A stretch of DNA of 64,000 bases from Paramecium tetraurelia (taxonomy: Eukaryota). The stretch is taken from assembly GCA_000165425.1 (NCBI GenBank), contig CT868097.1, forward strand, positions 254,867-318,866, in the 5' to 3' direction. Under the pieces are notes generated by a model. It was not told the origin of the DNA, did no database searches, and saw only the letters and a program-made list of their open reading frames with translations. Made by a program: the position numbers and the translations under genes. Below, one piece after another: positions 40,207 to 53,429 of this stretch; the first letter of the stretch is position 1, and each line of letters begins with the position of its first letter.

Positions 40207-40568
40207 TCAGCTTCTTCTCATTCTTCTATCTCTCTTTGGAGGATCTTAGGCTTTTCCAACACAATTATCATCTTAGTATGTGTATAAATTGGGGAAAGGC
40301 TCTTTCTCTGTTGCTTTTCTATTTTCTTCAGTCAAATCATCAGCAAATTTCTAGTTTTTAATTATTAATGTACAGTCAAATGTTTTCTGGCTTAGTTGGC
40401 AGCTGTTTCTTCTTTTTTCTGTCCACCCAAATTGGTTGTTGGTAAACAAGCATCTCCAGGTTTCATTGCTAAGTTATGTCCAACAACTGATTTAGTGTGT
40501 CTCAGCTTATGGTGTCTAGCTTAGATAGCTATTATGAGGATCAAGAGCAAAACAATTTTTTTTAACAT
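40207..40568 (-). CDS. Small secreted protein (about 112 aa)
   Basis: Signal peptide MLKKIVLLLILIIAIQA, followed by RHHKLRH. One 23-nt intron, two Cys, and the end PPKRDRRMRRS*. Confidence 0.7.
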
Positions 40569-40618
40569 TATTATATTAAAAACGAAATTGGGTTCATATT
40601 CACTTAATTAATAAATTA

Positions 40619-41741
40619 ATGCAACAACTATAAAATTGTCTGCTTGATAAAGACATGATTCTTCAAAGTGATGGTACTCTATATATCGGATCTTTTAATC
40701 AACAACACCTCGAGGGATATAGTTTAGTAATCAATCCTGATGGATGTAATATTGACATAAATAATTAGCGTATTATTATGGATTCTTTAAGAGATCCAAA
40801 CCTAAAGATGTAGGTGTTTATAAACTGAAGAACTCTTGTCTAAAGTTATTCTGGGGAGATGATGATACCATCAAGAGTGTTGAAAACATTGAAAATATTG
40901 GCTTCATATAAAAAATTATTCCATTTAAGAATAATTGTTACGGCAATAAATTACTCATCAGGATCAATCCATTAAGTTATGGAGTGACTAAGAACCAAAA
41001 GTATGATGGATTCACAGTTATGCATTATAAAAATGGTGACATTTACTATGGAAACGTATATAAAGGAAAATAGAATGGAGAAGGCATTCATTATAATAAT
41101 TACTTATAAGAATGGTATTGGAATAAATATACTCATGGAAAATTAGTGTCACATTAGCTTTATGGCAAAAATCTTGTACCAAGAGAATTGATTAGTAAAG
41201 ATTTAATGATTATTTAGGCAAACTCTTTAATAAAGTGAATTTTAAGCCCTCCTAAATCACCATGGTCTCTCTTTCCAATATCCAATAATTGATAATAAAT
41301 CAATTGCTACTCAATAGTGAGTAAAATCATTTATCTTTGGCATCAACTGTTCAAAGTGCTCATCCTGCTCATCGAGAGAATCTCTCATAAATTTTGATTG
41401 ATGAAGATGATATTAATAATGCTGATGAGTTGGAAATTTTGCAAGATTCCTAGATTGTATCTAATGATTAAGATCTTCAAATTTACAACCAAAATGATTA
41501 GTAAGATGAATTAGAAGCTAAATTATCAAAATGTTAAACAGAAAAAGCCTTATTAAGAATTGAGAAATAGAGATAAAATAAATTTTCAACATAGCCTTCT
41601 CAATCAAAATCTCCTAAAAATATTAGATAATAAAATACTTTAACAACAATGTAATCAGCCCCAAAAATAACCATATATAAGAGATCTGTTTCACCAGTTT
41701 TTACTACTATTCGTCACTTGTTTTCAGTAATCAGAATTTGA
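40619..41741 (+). CDS. Protein with degenerate MORN repeats
   Basis: Contains DGTLYIGSFNQQHLEGYSLVINPDG and YKNGDIYYGNVYKGKQNGEGIHY, with an acidic, low-complexity C-terminus. Confidence 0.65.
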
Positions 41742-41776
41742 TTTGATGATATTTATTAAAAATATTTAATTAAATA

Positions 41777-42077
<301 letters not shown>

Positions 42078-42098
42078 GATATAAAAATTTAAATTATT

Positions 42099-42971
42099 AT
42101 GGAAGATAATTAATGTTTAGCTTCTCTCTTTGCTGACCTCTTATAAATTGTCAAGCCTTAATCAGCTGACATATAACAGTTTAAAGAAGTCTCTAATGAA
42201 AGATTAAGAAAATGTATTCTTGAATTAGTTCGAGAACTCACAACTCTTGTGTAGAATCTGAAGGTACAATTAGAAGAATTCAATGATAACAAATATGAAC
42301 AAGAGATCTAAAGACTTGAAAATACAATTCGATAACATATAAGAGTAGAATAATAATAAAGATTACATATAGAAGCACTCACGCAAAAACTAGAGGAGGA
42401 ATATTAGAAATATGAAACAGAAGTCAAAAATTAAAATGAAAAAATTAAGTAATTAGAAAATGTATGTTCGTAAATATCAATAAATAAAGTCTAAAATCTC
42501 AATTAAACTAATTTTATTATAGATCCTAATAAGAAATCACCGACTGCTTATGATAGATTGAATTAATTAGTGAGTGCCAAAACAAAATAATCTACTCAAT
42601 CAGCATCAATTATAAATTCAAAATAGTTATTAAAAATTTATTCAAATCCACAACAATTATTTAAAAAAATGCAAGATCACAAAAACATTGAATAAATGCA
42701 AATCAGAGTCGATACACAATAGTCTGATAAGGAATAGAGTTTATTGAAACTTCGAAGATGTGTGGAAGACAACTAAAGTGGAATGTTTCAATCTTAGAGA
42801 ATCGAATCCACTAGTTTGGAAAAGTATAACAGAAATTCAAAACTGATGAGAAATTCCACTAGACAATCATAGGTCATGGGAAATAGTTTTGATCTTGTTT
42901 CAAAGACTATGCAACATTACAAGAAGTAGCAAAAAAGTATTGGTATTTTAAGATAATCATGGAAGAAATGA
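42099..42971 (+). CDS. Coiled-coil hypothetical protein
   Basis: Starts MEDNQCLASLF, contains YEQEIQRLENTIRQHIRVEQQQRLHIE, and ends SWKK*. Confidence 0.7.
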
Positions 42972-43010
42972 TTATTATCTCCTTTTTAATTAAAATAATA
43001 AAATTATAAT

Positions 43011-44294
43011 ATGAGTCAATTAGTTTGCTCTTCTTGTTTACTTAATTTCCCAGAAGAACCAGCCTATAAGGAGCATTACAAAACAGATTTCCATAGATAT
43101 AACATTGCTAGAAAAATGATTAACCTCGCTCCAGTCTCATTTGAAGCTTATAAGGAAAGTAATTAATCAAAATCAATTATTAGAATTTGACAAAATATCA
43201 GAGTAAAAGATCATAACCCCAATTCAATCTTAAACATTTAAATGTTGCAATAAAGAGTTTAAGTCAAGTAAAACTTATTAAGCTCATCTTGTTTCAAAAA
43301 GCCATTAATAAAATTAATTAAAATCTCCTATCACAACAAATAGAAGTTAAACAGGAGATTCCTTATTGAATAGTAATGTATGCTTATTTTGTGATGAATT
43401 ATGCGATACTCTTGAAGATTGCTTAAAACATATGAGCAATCATGGATTTTTCATTCGTGAATAAAAATGCTGCATAAATATTGAAGGATTGCTAAAGGCC
43501 TTATCAGAACAAATTAATAAGAATAATACTTGTTTACATTGTTTCTAAACATTCAAAAACAGCCACGCCACAAAAGATCATATGCTAGACAAGGGACATT
43601 GTTTTATGCCTCAATAAGAATATAAAGTTTTATCAAAATATTACAATTTCGAAGAAAAGCTATTAGGAATATTGGCAGAGCAAAAGGAATAACAACTATA
43701 AATTGAAGCCAAAAAACAATAATTGCAATTGAAATAAGAATAAAAAGAAGATTAACAGGATAAGAAAGTTGAAAACTAAGTTGAAGAAGAAGGAGATTGG
43801 GAAGATGATGAAGATTTAGATTTAGATTCTGATGAAGAGGAAGAGGACTTGAAATTAAAATAGAAATAAACTGATGATTTATAAACTGATGAATAACTCA
43901 GATAGAAGAGATTAAAATAATTATTAAAATAGATTAGTAAACATAAGGCTACATTGACAAAGACTGGAGAATTGTTGTTACCAGATGGAAAATTGTAATA
44001 ATATATAATTTATAATTAGATTGGGACATAGAGATTATAGAAAATATTATAAGTAGAATCACATTCCATTCAAAGTTGCAGAACCTGAAAAAGTGGAGCA
44101 ATGTAAATTATTAATATAATAATTTAGTGGATGTTGCTGATGAAAATCAATTAGCTTTGCTAAGTAATGATCTTATAGTTGGCCATTTGAGACATTTTTA
44201 TTATTAAAAGACAAGAACATTAGCACACGGACAAACAAAGATTGGTTAAAGAAACAACTTAATTTAAATGAGATGGTTAAGAAAGTCTTGTTGA
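43011..44294 (+). CDS. REI1: REI1/ZNF622-like C2H2 zinc-finger 60S maturation factor
   Basis: Contains CSSCLLNF...KEHYKTDFHRYNIARKMINLAPVS, CLFCDE...CLKHMSNHGFFI, CLHC...KDHMLDKGHC and GELLLPDGK|LGHRDYRKYYKQ. Confidence 0.9.
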
Positions 44295-44351
44295 TTAGTG
44301 TTAGTATGTAATTTAATCAAAATTAATTTTATTACAATTTTCATTTAATAC

Positions 44352-45450
44352 ATGATTACAAAATTCATTACTTTTAAATTGGATTTATCATAATTCAATT
44401 CAATCAAACAAATAGTTTAGCTGACTAATGGCTATGCTATTTTAGGGGAATAATTTTTTGAATAAAAATTAAGTATTAAACTTCACTTAATAGAATCGAC
44501 GACAATTGCATTAAATAATTAATTGTTTTTATATTTTGAAGTATAAAACGGATGCTGCAAATTTGAAGAGCCCTACTAGATTGGATAAGGACTAGCTATT
44601 TTATCCAATATTGTTTCAAATGACAAATTTTTAGTTGCATTAATTTCAAGATAGGGAAATAGAAGTCTAATTTAATTCGACCCAAAATAACAGACAAATT
44701 CCTTTCTAATTCCTCATCATCCTTATTAACAGTATCATATTAGTAATTAGATATTAATTAGATTGCGAATCTACATTTAAGCTTTTTTCATTTAATGAAC
44801 AAATTATATTAATAGAAATTCACCATTCAGAACAATTATTAATCTTGGTAATTCTTAGCCATCCTAAAGCTTAAAGGATTGAAATGTAATGTAAAGTAGG
44901 GTAAAATATATAAATATAAAAAATACATAATACTAATTAAATACTGATAGTTGTGGACGAGGATTTTCACATTTTTGACGGATCTAATGAGATTATGAAA
45001 ATGAATAAATAAATGCCTACATAATTTAAGGTTAAATTTGTAATAGAAATTTAAGAATAACAAATTTTAATTTTGAAGGATAGGGTAGATAAGTTTTATA
45101 AATTTTGTGATTTTCGCTTTGATTCAGATTATTTTTTTACATTGAAATCTAAAGAATTGCTTAATGGATAAGTTAGCATTGAAACTGAAAAGAAATAATC
45201 TATAAATTTATCTAAATTTAAGGGAGAATTTTATATTTGGATCAGTACGATCTACAAATGCAAAGATGAAGATTCAAAGATTCTCTATATTAATGCATTC
45301 AAGTTGAACAATTAATTGCAAGCATAATTTATTGAAAACTATAAATTTTGGAAGAGTTAATCAATTGAGTTTATTTTTAAAGACGAATTCGTAAGGGAGT
45401 ACCTATTTTTTAGAGATTAATAAACAGTAAAAGGCTTATATATAAGTTGA
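44352..45450 (+). CDS. Hypothetical protein (beta-rich orphan)
   Basis: Two long TGA-free frames join if a 19-nt GT..AG segment (44743-44761) is spliced. Starts MITKFITFKLDLSQ and ends VKGLYIS*. Confidence 0.5.
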
Positions 45451-45501
45451 TAAATTAAAACAATTAGAAATTATCTATATTTACTATATTAATTGACTAT
45501 A

Positions 45502-47509
45502 TCATTTGCTGTTTTGCAATTTTACATTATCTTATTACTATTCTAGCTTTAAAAATCTTGTAGGAGGTATTTTTAATTCATGATTAATCTAATTTAAATA
45601 TAATGAGATACTTATAAATATTGATTGAGTAGATTTTTTAATTCTTCATTATGATTATGAATTTATCCTGTTTCTTCTACTAATTTAGATCTTTTAAGAA
45701 GTAATTCGTAATATTTGCTCAACTATTTGTCTAGGATCCTCCAAACTCTAAAGGTTTTCTCTGGGAGAACTTAAGTAAGTTTTTCCCAATATTTTTTGCC
45801 TTCCTTTGCTATTCGCTCTTTTTTTTATCTTTCAGTTTCTTATTTAGCCGCTCTTCTTGACGACATTTTTTCAATTTGTTTCTTCCTTTATTCGTTAGTT
45901 TTCATCCAATGCATTAAAAAGTTGATAATGCTATTTTAGTTTATGATAAATGTTTCATAATTAATTTTAGGAGCTTCGTCTGGTACAGTTTAAGGTTATT
46001 CAATTTAAACCTTTTTAATAGCTTCAGTGACAGCTTCTTATTGAGGTTGTTCTTCTTGGACTTTTAATTCACAATTTTTTATTAATTCGTCAATGAAAAT
46101 AAGCATTTCATCTATTGAATCAATATTGAGACATTTCTTTATGACTCCTAATTTAACACTAGTAATCTCTTATTATTCAGCCTTCTCTAAGGTTTCTCTC
46201 ATTTTATCATCAATCAAGAAATCAACTTCTTCAATTAAGATTTCGACTATTTCTTCTAATTTGTCTTCGCTTAAAGGTAGTTGAACTTCCTCTTCAGCCA
46301 TGATTTGTGATTTTTCTTTTTTATATTAATAGAATAGAAATACCTTATGTTTCTTTTTAGTCTTATGGTTCTTCCCAATCTACACCTAATTATTAAATGT
46401 GAATGGTTTTGTCACATTTTAGAATTTTCGCCTTGAGTTTTCTGACTTCTAATTCATTCATAGAATGTATATCAGCATAAGCTTTTTAATCGGCCTTATC
46501 GAAATGCTTAAATTTTCTCTGTAATTCTTTAAATTGCCTGGTAATACGTTTGTATTCTTAAGTTAATTCTTTGTTTGTTTATTTAAATTTGGTATCAAAT
46601 TCATTATAATCTTTGATTAGACTTCTTAATCTATTATTTAAATTTTAGTCTTTTCTTTTTAGATCATCATGAGTGTGTGTATGTGAGATTTGTTTTTCTT
46701 TTAGCACTTTTAGATTGTAATCTAATTTTTCAGTATTCAATTGGTAGAGTGCTTTCATATCTTCATAACACTTTTCCAAATTTTAGATTTCTGTTTCCAT
46801 TGAGATTTTGAGTTCAGCATATGATTTCAATCCTTAGATTCTTAACTTTTCAATGTCTTTAGTATATTCTTCCTCTTTTCTTTCTCTCTCATCTACAAAT
46901 GATTTTTCCTTCTCTGTTCTTTTGTCAAATAAATTTCTTATTTCAGTTTAATAATTATTCAATAAATTGGCTCTCTAATTTGATTATTATATATGATTAT
47001 ACTTCTTCAATGTATTCATTTTCAATGGATTCAAGATCTTCATGTATGCATTCTCTTAATTAAAAAAATTGAGATCTCATTTTCTAAATTAATGTTTGAA
47101 TATCAATGGCTTGCTCTTTAATCATTTTACCAAAATCATCATCTTTCTTATTCAATTCATCAAGAAATTATTTAATCAATTCATCTTTGGCATGCATTAT
47201 TTATGCAAATTTATCTTTCTATTAGTTTATCAATTTATTAAGTTCTTCACATTCATCTTTTTCTTATAGATTACACCATTCCTGTTCCAATTCAGCATTT
47301 TTTGAATTGGCCTTTTTGCTTTCGTCTTCTATTTTATTTGCCCTTTCAGCCCTTTTGAATTCTTCTTGTGCTCTTGTTTCCTTTTATTTTTAATCATTTT
47401 TCTATTTGATTGTATATAGTTCCTCTTTTTTTGTACGAATCAACATGTCAATATTGCCTCGACTCTTTTAAACTTATTCTGATCCCTTTGCTTATTTTTT
47501 CGAATCCAT
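45502..47509 (-). CDS. DRC1: Dynein regulatory complex subunit 1 (CCDC164/NYD-SP28 family)
   Basis: Contains AKDELIKQFLDELNKKDDDFGKMIKEQAIDI, EKLDYNLKVLKEK, RITRQFKELQRKFKHFDKAD, CDKTIHIQQLG, and the C-terminal YWEKLTQVLPEKTFRVWRILDKQLSKYYELL...NEELKNLLNQYL|INHELKIPPT. Confidence 0.88.
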
Positions 47510-47537
47510 CAGTCATATAAATACATTTATATTAATG

Positions 47538-49848
47538 TCAATTAGATAAAAAATCAATTAAAAATTTCTTAGCTTTCTCTTTGTTTTTGCATTCCTGCTT
47601 TTGACTCTCTTGTATTTTCTCTAGTATTTTAGCAAATGTTGGTCTTTAGGAAGGTTCTCTTTTAAGACAATCCTTTGCTAGAATGGCCAAAATAGGTGGA
47701 TTACTGAATTGAGGGATCTCAACTTAAGTATGTCCCCATCCAACTGTTCCAATGATTTAGGTAATAGACAGATTCTCATAAGGTATTTTCCCAGTAATGA
47801 TTTCCCATAGAATCATTCCAAATGAATACACATCAGATTTCTCAGTATAAGGTTCTCCTCTCATGATTTCAGGTGCCATCCAATGGGGTGTTCCAATCAT
47901 ACTTTTAGTTTTCTTGCTCTTAATTCTAGACAGTCCAAAATCACAGAGTTTGACATTCCAATTCTAATCGATGAGCACATTGGAGGATTTCAAATCACAA
48001 TGCATTATTCTTCTGCCATGAAGATTATTCATTCCCAAAGTGATATCTTCGATTATTTAAATAAAATTAAGATTTTTAGTTTTCTTTTTATGAATATGAT
48101 CATATAAACTCCCATTTTCCATATATCTAAAATTAAATCGTTAATTACTCAGTAATTAAGTAAAAATTATGCCTCTTAATACAAACACCCATATACAGAA
48201 CTATATTGGGATGCCTCAAATTAGAGATAACTTAAACTTCTTTAAGAAAATCAGCCATTAATTATTTATGTTTTTGCTGTTCCTTCTTTTTGCAATAAGA
48301 TTTAATGGCTACATCTTAGCCGAGCCAATTCCCTTTGAAGACTATTCCATAACTTCCTTTTCCAATCTAAGGTCCTTGCTTAATCTCCTAATAATTAATC
48401 AACAGCTTCTCATTGATTCCCAAATCCTACAGCAAACTCATTAGTTTCTCCTAATGCTTTTATTACAAATTCTTCTCTGAGAGTATGCAATGTTTACTAG
48501 GTGAACTAGATTGATTCGATTCCAATTGCAACTCCTAAGGTTTTTCATTAGAACTGGAAGAACTCTCATCAGAAGATTCTGAGCCAGTTGCATTATTAAT
48601 ATTAAAATTGCTTACAACCTATTTAGACTCTACTTTTAAACTCTATCCCTAATTTCCTTGTTTTGGTGAGAACTTAGCAGTCTCCTATTGCTATTCTTTT
48701 TATTCAGGTGAAATCAATTTATCCTCGGAACCCGATGACCGTTTACGTCTTGATTTCTTCTATTTGAGCACTTCTATCCCAGGACTTTCAACTGCTGGTT
48801 CAATCTTCTGTATAATGGAATACAGTTGATCATATTTAGAAGACTAGTCAGCTGAGTTCTCGCTGTCAGCTCTATGGAGTTATCCTGCCATTTTTTTGAT
48901 ATAATATTTCTTATGCATATTTATTTACTGGAGTATGAGTTTTCTATGTCCTAATATCTCAATGCCCAACTCTTCCTTCAACTCTACATCTGTTAGATCA
49001 TGTAAAGTGTCTCCGATCATGTGATTTTTAATAAAATTTTCCTTATATTATGATAATCCTAAACAATCCAACCAAATACAAACCTCCTCTATATTCCAAT
49101 CCTACACTATTAAATTAAAATATAATATAAGATTTAAATACTTTTCTTTTTCCCTTTGACTGTCACTGTCTCATTCATTGCTTATAAGGTGTCGAATCCA
49201 TGTGCCTCCTGCTAGATTTAGTGTGTCTCCTCGACTTAAGTATTGGGTAATGGTTGAGGATGTATTATTTAATTATCTTTCACTAAAACAGCAGAAAACA
49301 CATTTTCAAATTCGCAAGGAACTTAATCAACTACTTTTTACTCTTTTAATTTATCATTATCATATAATTAATAAGTCAGCTCTCTGGTACTTGAATTGTA
49401 AAAATAGCCTGGACCATGCTTCTTATTGTCTGAAAATTCACCTACACCTATACATCAATATGAATACCTGAATAAATTGAGTTCTCAGCATAATAGATTG
49501 TTCCTCTCCCGTGTTTACAATTATTCACCCATTGTCCAACATATCTATCACCATAAACTCCAAAATGTTGTCCATGTCCATTCTTCTTGTTTTGTTACCA
49601 CTGTCCTATGTATAATTCTCCACTATTATAAAAATATTTTCCAGTTCCATGTTTTTGATTGAATAGCCATTCCCCTTCATAACGGTTGCCATTAGCAAAC
49701 TTATAAACTCCTTTGCCATGCTTCATGTTGTCTTTCATCTCACCTTTTCAAATTTAACAAAGAAAGTACCATGATATTCGTCATTGTTTGAGTAAATAAT
49801 ATGATGTTCATTACTTGTTTGTCTCTATAAAAAACCAAATAATTTCAT
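47538..49848 (-). CDS. MORN-repeat + SAM + TKL-group protein kinase
   Basis: N-terminal MORN repeats (KHGKGVYKFANGNRYEGEW...), SAM (DWNIEEVCIWLDCLGLSQYKENF), and a full kinase domain (IGKGSYG, VAIK, HCDLKSSN, CDFGLSR, GTPHWMAPE, SDVYSFGMILWE). Confidence 0.92.
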
Positions 49849-50217
49849 AGCTTAAATTATATTATTAATATTATCATCAATCTTGTCTTATGAATTCATC
49901 TATAAATATTCAATCATATATCTTTTTAATTCAACTAATATTCTGATATCTCCCAATATTATAAAATAAGTTTAACTGCAACTTAGATCGTTTTTCAATT
50001 CTTCTTAATTCCTAAATCAATATACTCTTCCAAGAATCCCTTTTATTCTTGAACTTCAAATATTTTAATTCTGATCAATTATTCTCTACTTTCCTAATTC
50101 TAAATCCCCCAATTACTTCATCATTTTAAGTTCTCCATGAGTTCAATTCATCTTTTCTAGAGTTGATTTTTAATTCTGAATTTCTTATGCTATAATTTAT
50201 AACAAAAATATTAAGCA

Positions 50218-50906
50218 ATGAATATAAAAGAACTAAATCAGTTTATGCTTGATTACGAACTCAAACCTACCTAAAAACTATTTAAATACCTCGTAATCAT
50301 TGGAATTTAAGCTATGAAAACAAAAACTTCAGACATTTCCATCGAAACTATTAAACTTATTGCAAGTTATAATTCAAATTTTCATTATTTTTAGGCTCTT
50401 GCAAATAACAAAAACTAAGAGATGGAATGGCAGAACTCAAAGAAAAAGTCATTAACATATAATAATCTTTGTCTCCATAGAAAGGAAACTTCAATTTTTA
50501 TCAACCTAAATCTGTTTTGAATTCTAAGGATCAATTAATGAATTCGCAATTCTCACCAATTCTTAAGAAAAAGGATGATTTATAAATTAAATCTAAAAAA
50601 GCATAAATATAGTAAGACATTGAATCCAATCTGAAATCGTTAAATTTCAATAAAAAAGAAAATAATCAACAAGCCAATCAATTTTAATAGAAAAATAAAC
50701 CCTACCAATTACCCTAATAGTCAAACAATTATTTTACTCAGAAAAAAGTTAGTCTTGATCAAATTGCAAATAATTTTCTGAGTTCTCCTTTAGTAAAGAA
50801 CCCTGTGTCAGCCAGAAATATTACTTAAAAAGAAAGCGAACTTAAACGTAATTATGTATATACTATTGTAATAGATTTCTTTTAGAACTCATGGAAACTA
50901 ATTTGA
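50218..50906 (+). CDS. Hypothetical protein
   Basis: Starts MNIKELNQFMLDYELKPTQKLFKYLVIIGIQAMK, has two introns, contains IANNFLSSPLV, and ends HFFQNSWKLI*. Confidence 0.6.
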
Positions 50907-51725
50907 ACTTAGGTGATTTAACGTTAATTTATATACACTTGTGTGATTATATAATTTTAGGATTATTTAGATTTCTAATTCACTTTTGGATTTTATGATG
51001 TTGATGATTCTCTTTTAAATGTAAATAAAAATATTTTCATTCAGCTCATCATATTTGACTAACATGATATTAAAATTAGCTCTAAATCTTATTAAGATTT
51101 ATACACTATTTTATTTATTTTATAATTTATAAACCAACAAAAAAATAAAGAATTTTATTCAATATCAAATGAAACAGAATAAGAGCATAATTGAAAATTA
51201 TATTAATTTATAATATTTATTTCTGAATTTAAAGTTAAATAAGAATTTTACACAATAATTTATGATAAAATTGGAAAACAAAATGCTTAATTGTCATATA
51301 AATCTTTTACTAACTAAGACTATTTAAACTCAGAAATCTGAATACTAATTTAAACAATAGAATATGCTATGTTATTCTTTTATTAAACTAGTATTAATTG
51401 ATAATGAAAAATATATAAGTAAAATATTTTGATTTTTATAACTATTAATTTAACTAATAAATAGGTATATGTATACTTAATATAACCCCTTAATAGTAAA
51501 ATAGATAACTTTAAAAATCAGAAATATTCCATGTAGATCTACTATTGTAATATTTAAGATATCAACTGATTAGGTTTGTTTTTTGAAGTGGTATGATAAG
51601 AGATGATATATGCTTATTATGGATTATGTTTGATATTAATATTATATTCTATAACAGTTACCTAATTAGATAATTCTAGTATTAATAAATTTAATATTTT
51701 TAATAATTTTTTTTGTATTTAGTGA

Positions 51726-53182
51726 ATGCAGAGTTCCAACCATCAAGCAATAAAATAATCTAGCTGTCTTGATTACATTTTTGACTCATGGAGTAAATCA
51801 ATTGATACTTCAAGAACAAAGGAACCCTAATAAATAAAATTAAAATCACCAAATAGAAGATAAAATCATTTTTAATATAAATCTACATTAGACTAGAATT
51901 ATGAATATGATCACGATTAAATAAGTACAACAAAATCTCAATTACATTAAAAAAATTACAATGTTCCTTTAAATTCATATATCAACAATCTCGATGGTCG
52001 TAAAGATGAACGAAAAGATGTACAATTTTTATCTATAAAGAGAATTATTAAAAATTAAGTTAGAGCTCAAACAATAAATCTTCAAATAAGTATTCTTCTC
52101 AAAATAGGAAAAATTTAAATGAAGAGGTAGAGCTGAGGTCTGAATGCATTGCTAACTATTCAACAATCTTTTCTTAGCCTATTAAAAACAGTTAACCAAA
52201 TTCATTGAGTTATTCTTTAAACTGCAAATTAATTCTTCCAAAAATTAAGTAGATAAAAACTTAAAAAGTAGTAGGAATAAGAAAATTTTAAGTTATTTGT
52301 AAGGTAATTGGGAAATTTATTCTATTGTTCTATCACATTTTACCCAGTACGAGTCCAAAAAGAATACTAATAAATAGTAAAGTAAAATTGGCTCTAAATC
52401 TCAGGAAAACTTTTAAATTTGATAGAAATATAAAATAATCTCTATCAAAATCTTTTAAGTAATGGATAGAACCCTCTTTATAGAAAATATTTTACTATCT
52501 GCAAAATTCATTTCCTAAAATTTTTCAAGAAAATATATTTGATTAGAGAGAAGTTCAGGATTCAGAATCAATCTGGACTTTAAACTTTGCAAAATTTTTA
52601 TTTTAAAATTTAGAACTCATTACTAGAAAAGGCAATATACCAAAAGAAATAATAAATGCAATGTCATAATCTATATACAAAGAAAATAATTAATTTGTAT
52701 AGTTGTTCGTGGCATAAAGAACTCATTTTAATAAAAAACCATTCAGTATTATGGAACTCTAATTATTATCTTCTGAATATATTTTATTTAACGGAATAGT
52801 GATACAACTATTTGAATTAGCGAATAATTTGAAATATCAATCATTTAATCACAATGTTAATTGCAAAATATAAGTATTAAAATTGGTAAGCATCCTGAAC
52901 CTATACTACATAAGAGCCTTCTAAGATATGCCATTAATAAATTAGAATATTCAAGAAGATCAATTATACACTAGAATGATACACATTACTCCTGATGAAG
53001 ATTAACTTTTATAATTGTTGGATACAAAGGAAAAAAGCAAATAGGAAAGTATGATTTTAGGATTGAAACATGAATAATAAATTTAACTAGTACTTTAATA
53101 AAGAGAGAAATAGAACTAAAAACTAGAATTACTATTCAAAAAATTTATCCATAATTTGGGTTCTTAAGTAGTGATTTTTTGA
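51726..53182 (+). CDS. Orphan protein A (shares C-terminal domain with neighbour)
   Basis: Starts MQSSNHQ. The C-terminal half contains QLFVAQRTHF, LLSSEYILF and SMILGLKHE. It requires a 23-nt intron at 52020-52042. Confidence 0.6.
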
Positions 53183-53429
53183 CTGATCTAATTTTTTTCA
53201 TCTCGTATAAACTATAACTGATCAAAATCAATTAATAATTCAATATTATATCTGGATGGAATATTAATATTTATGATTAATTGATTTACGAATGTAGTTA
53301 GGTTTCAAGCGTTAAATATTATTTTATTGTGAGTACCTTTATTGAAATTATTACAATGTAATTCTACTCAATATTATATTTTATAAATATTCAATGCTCT
53401 AATTATAAAAAAGGATTCTGGATTTTAAT

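Noticed and set aside
49890..50200. Purine-rich minus-strand stretch (also 6100-6630 and 36090-36480) as extra genes
   Set aside because: All frames contain TGA and there is no motif. They could be pseudogene debris, but this cannot be supported by eye.
50995..51230. C/D-box snoRNA suggested by TGATGA
   Set aside because: There is no suitably spaced CTGA box, terminal stem or rRNA-complementary guide, and the motif is expected by chance in AT-rich DNA.
50907..51725. Long AT-rich gaps (also 5520-6690, 16730-17210, 33550-33980) as retained IESs or transposon remnants
   Set aside because: I found no convincing TA-bounded inverted TAYAGYNR ends, terminal repeats or transposase. Conserved genes are not interrupted, which is consistent with macronuclear DNA.
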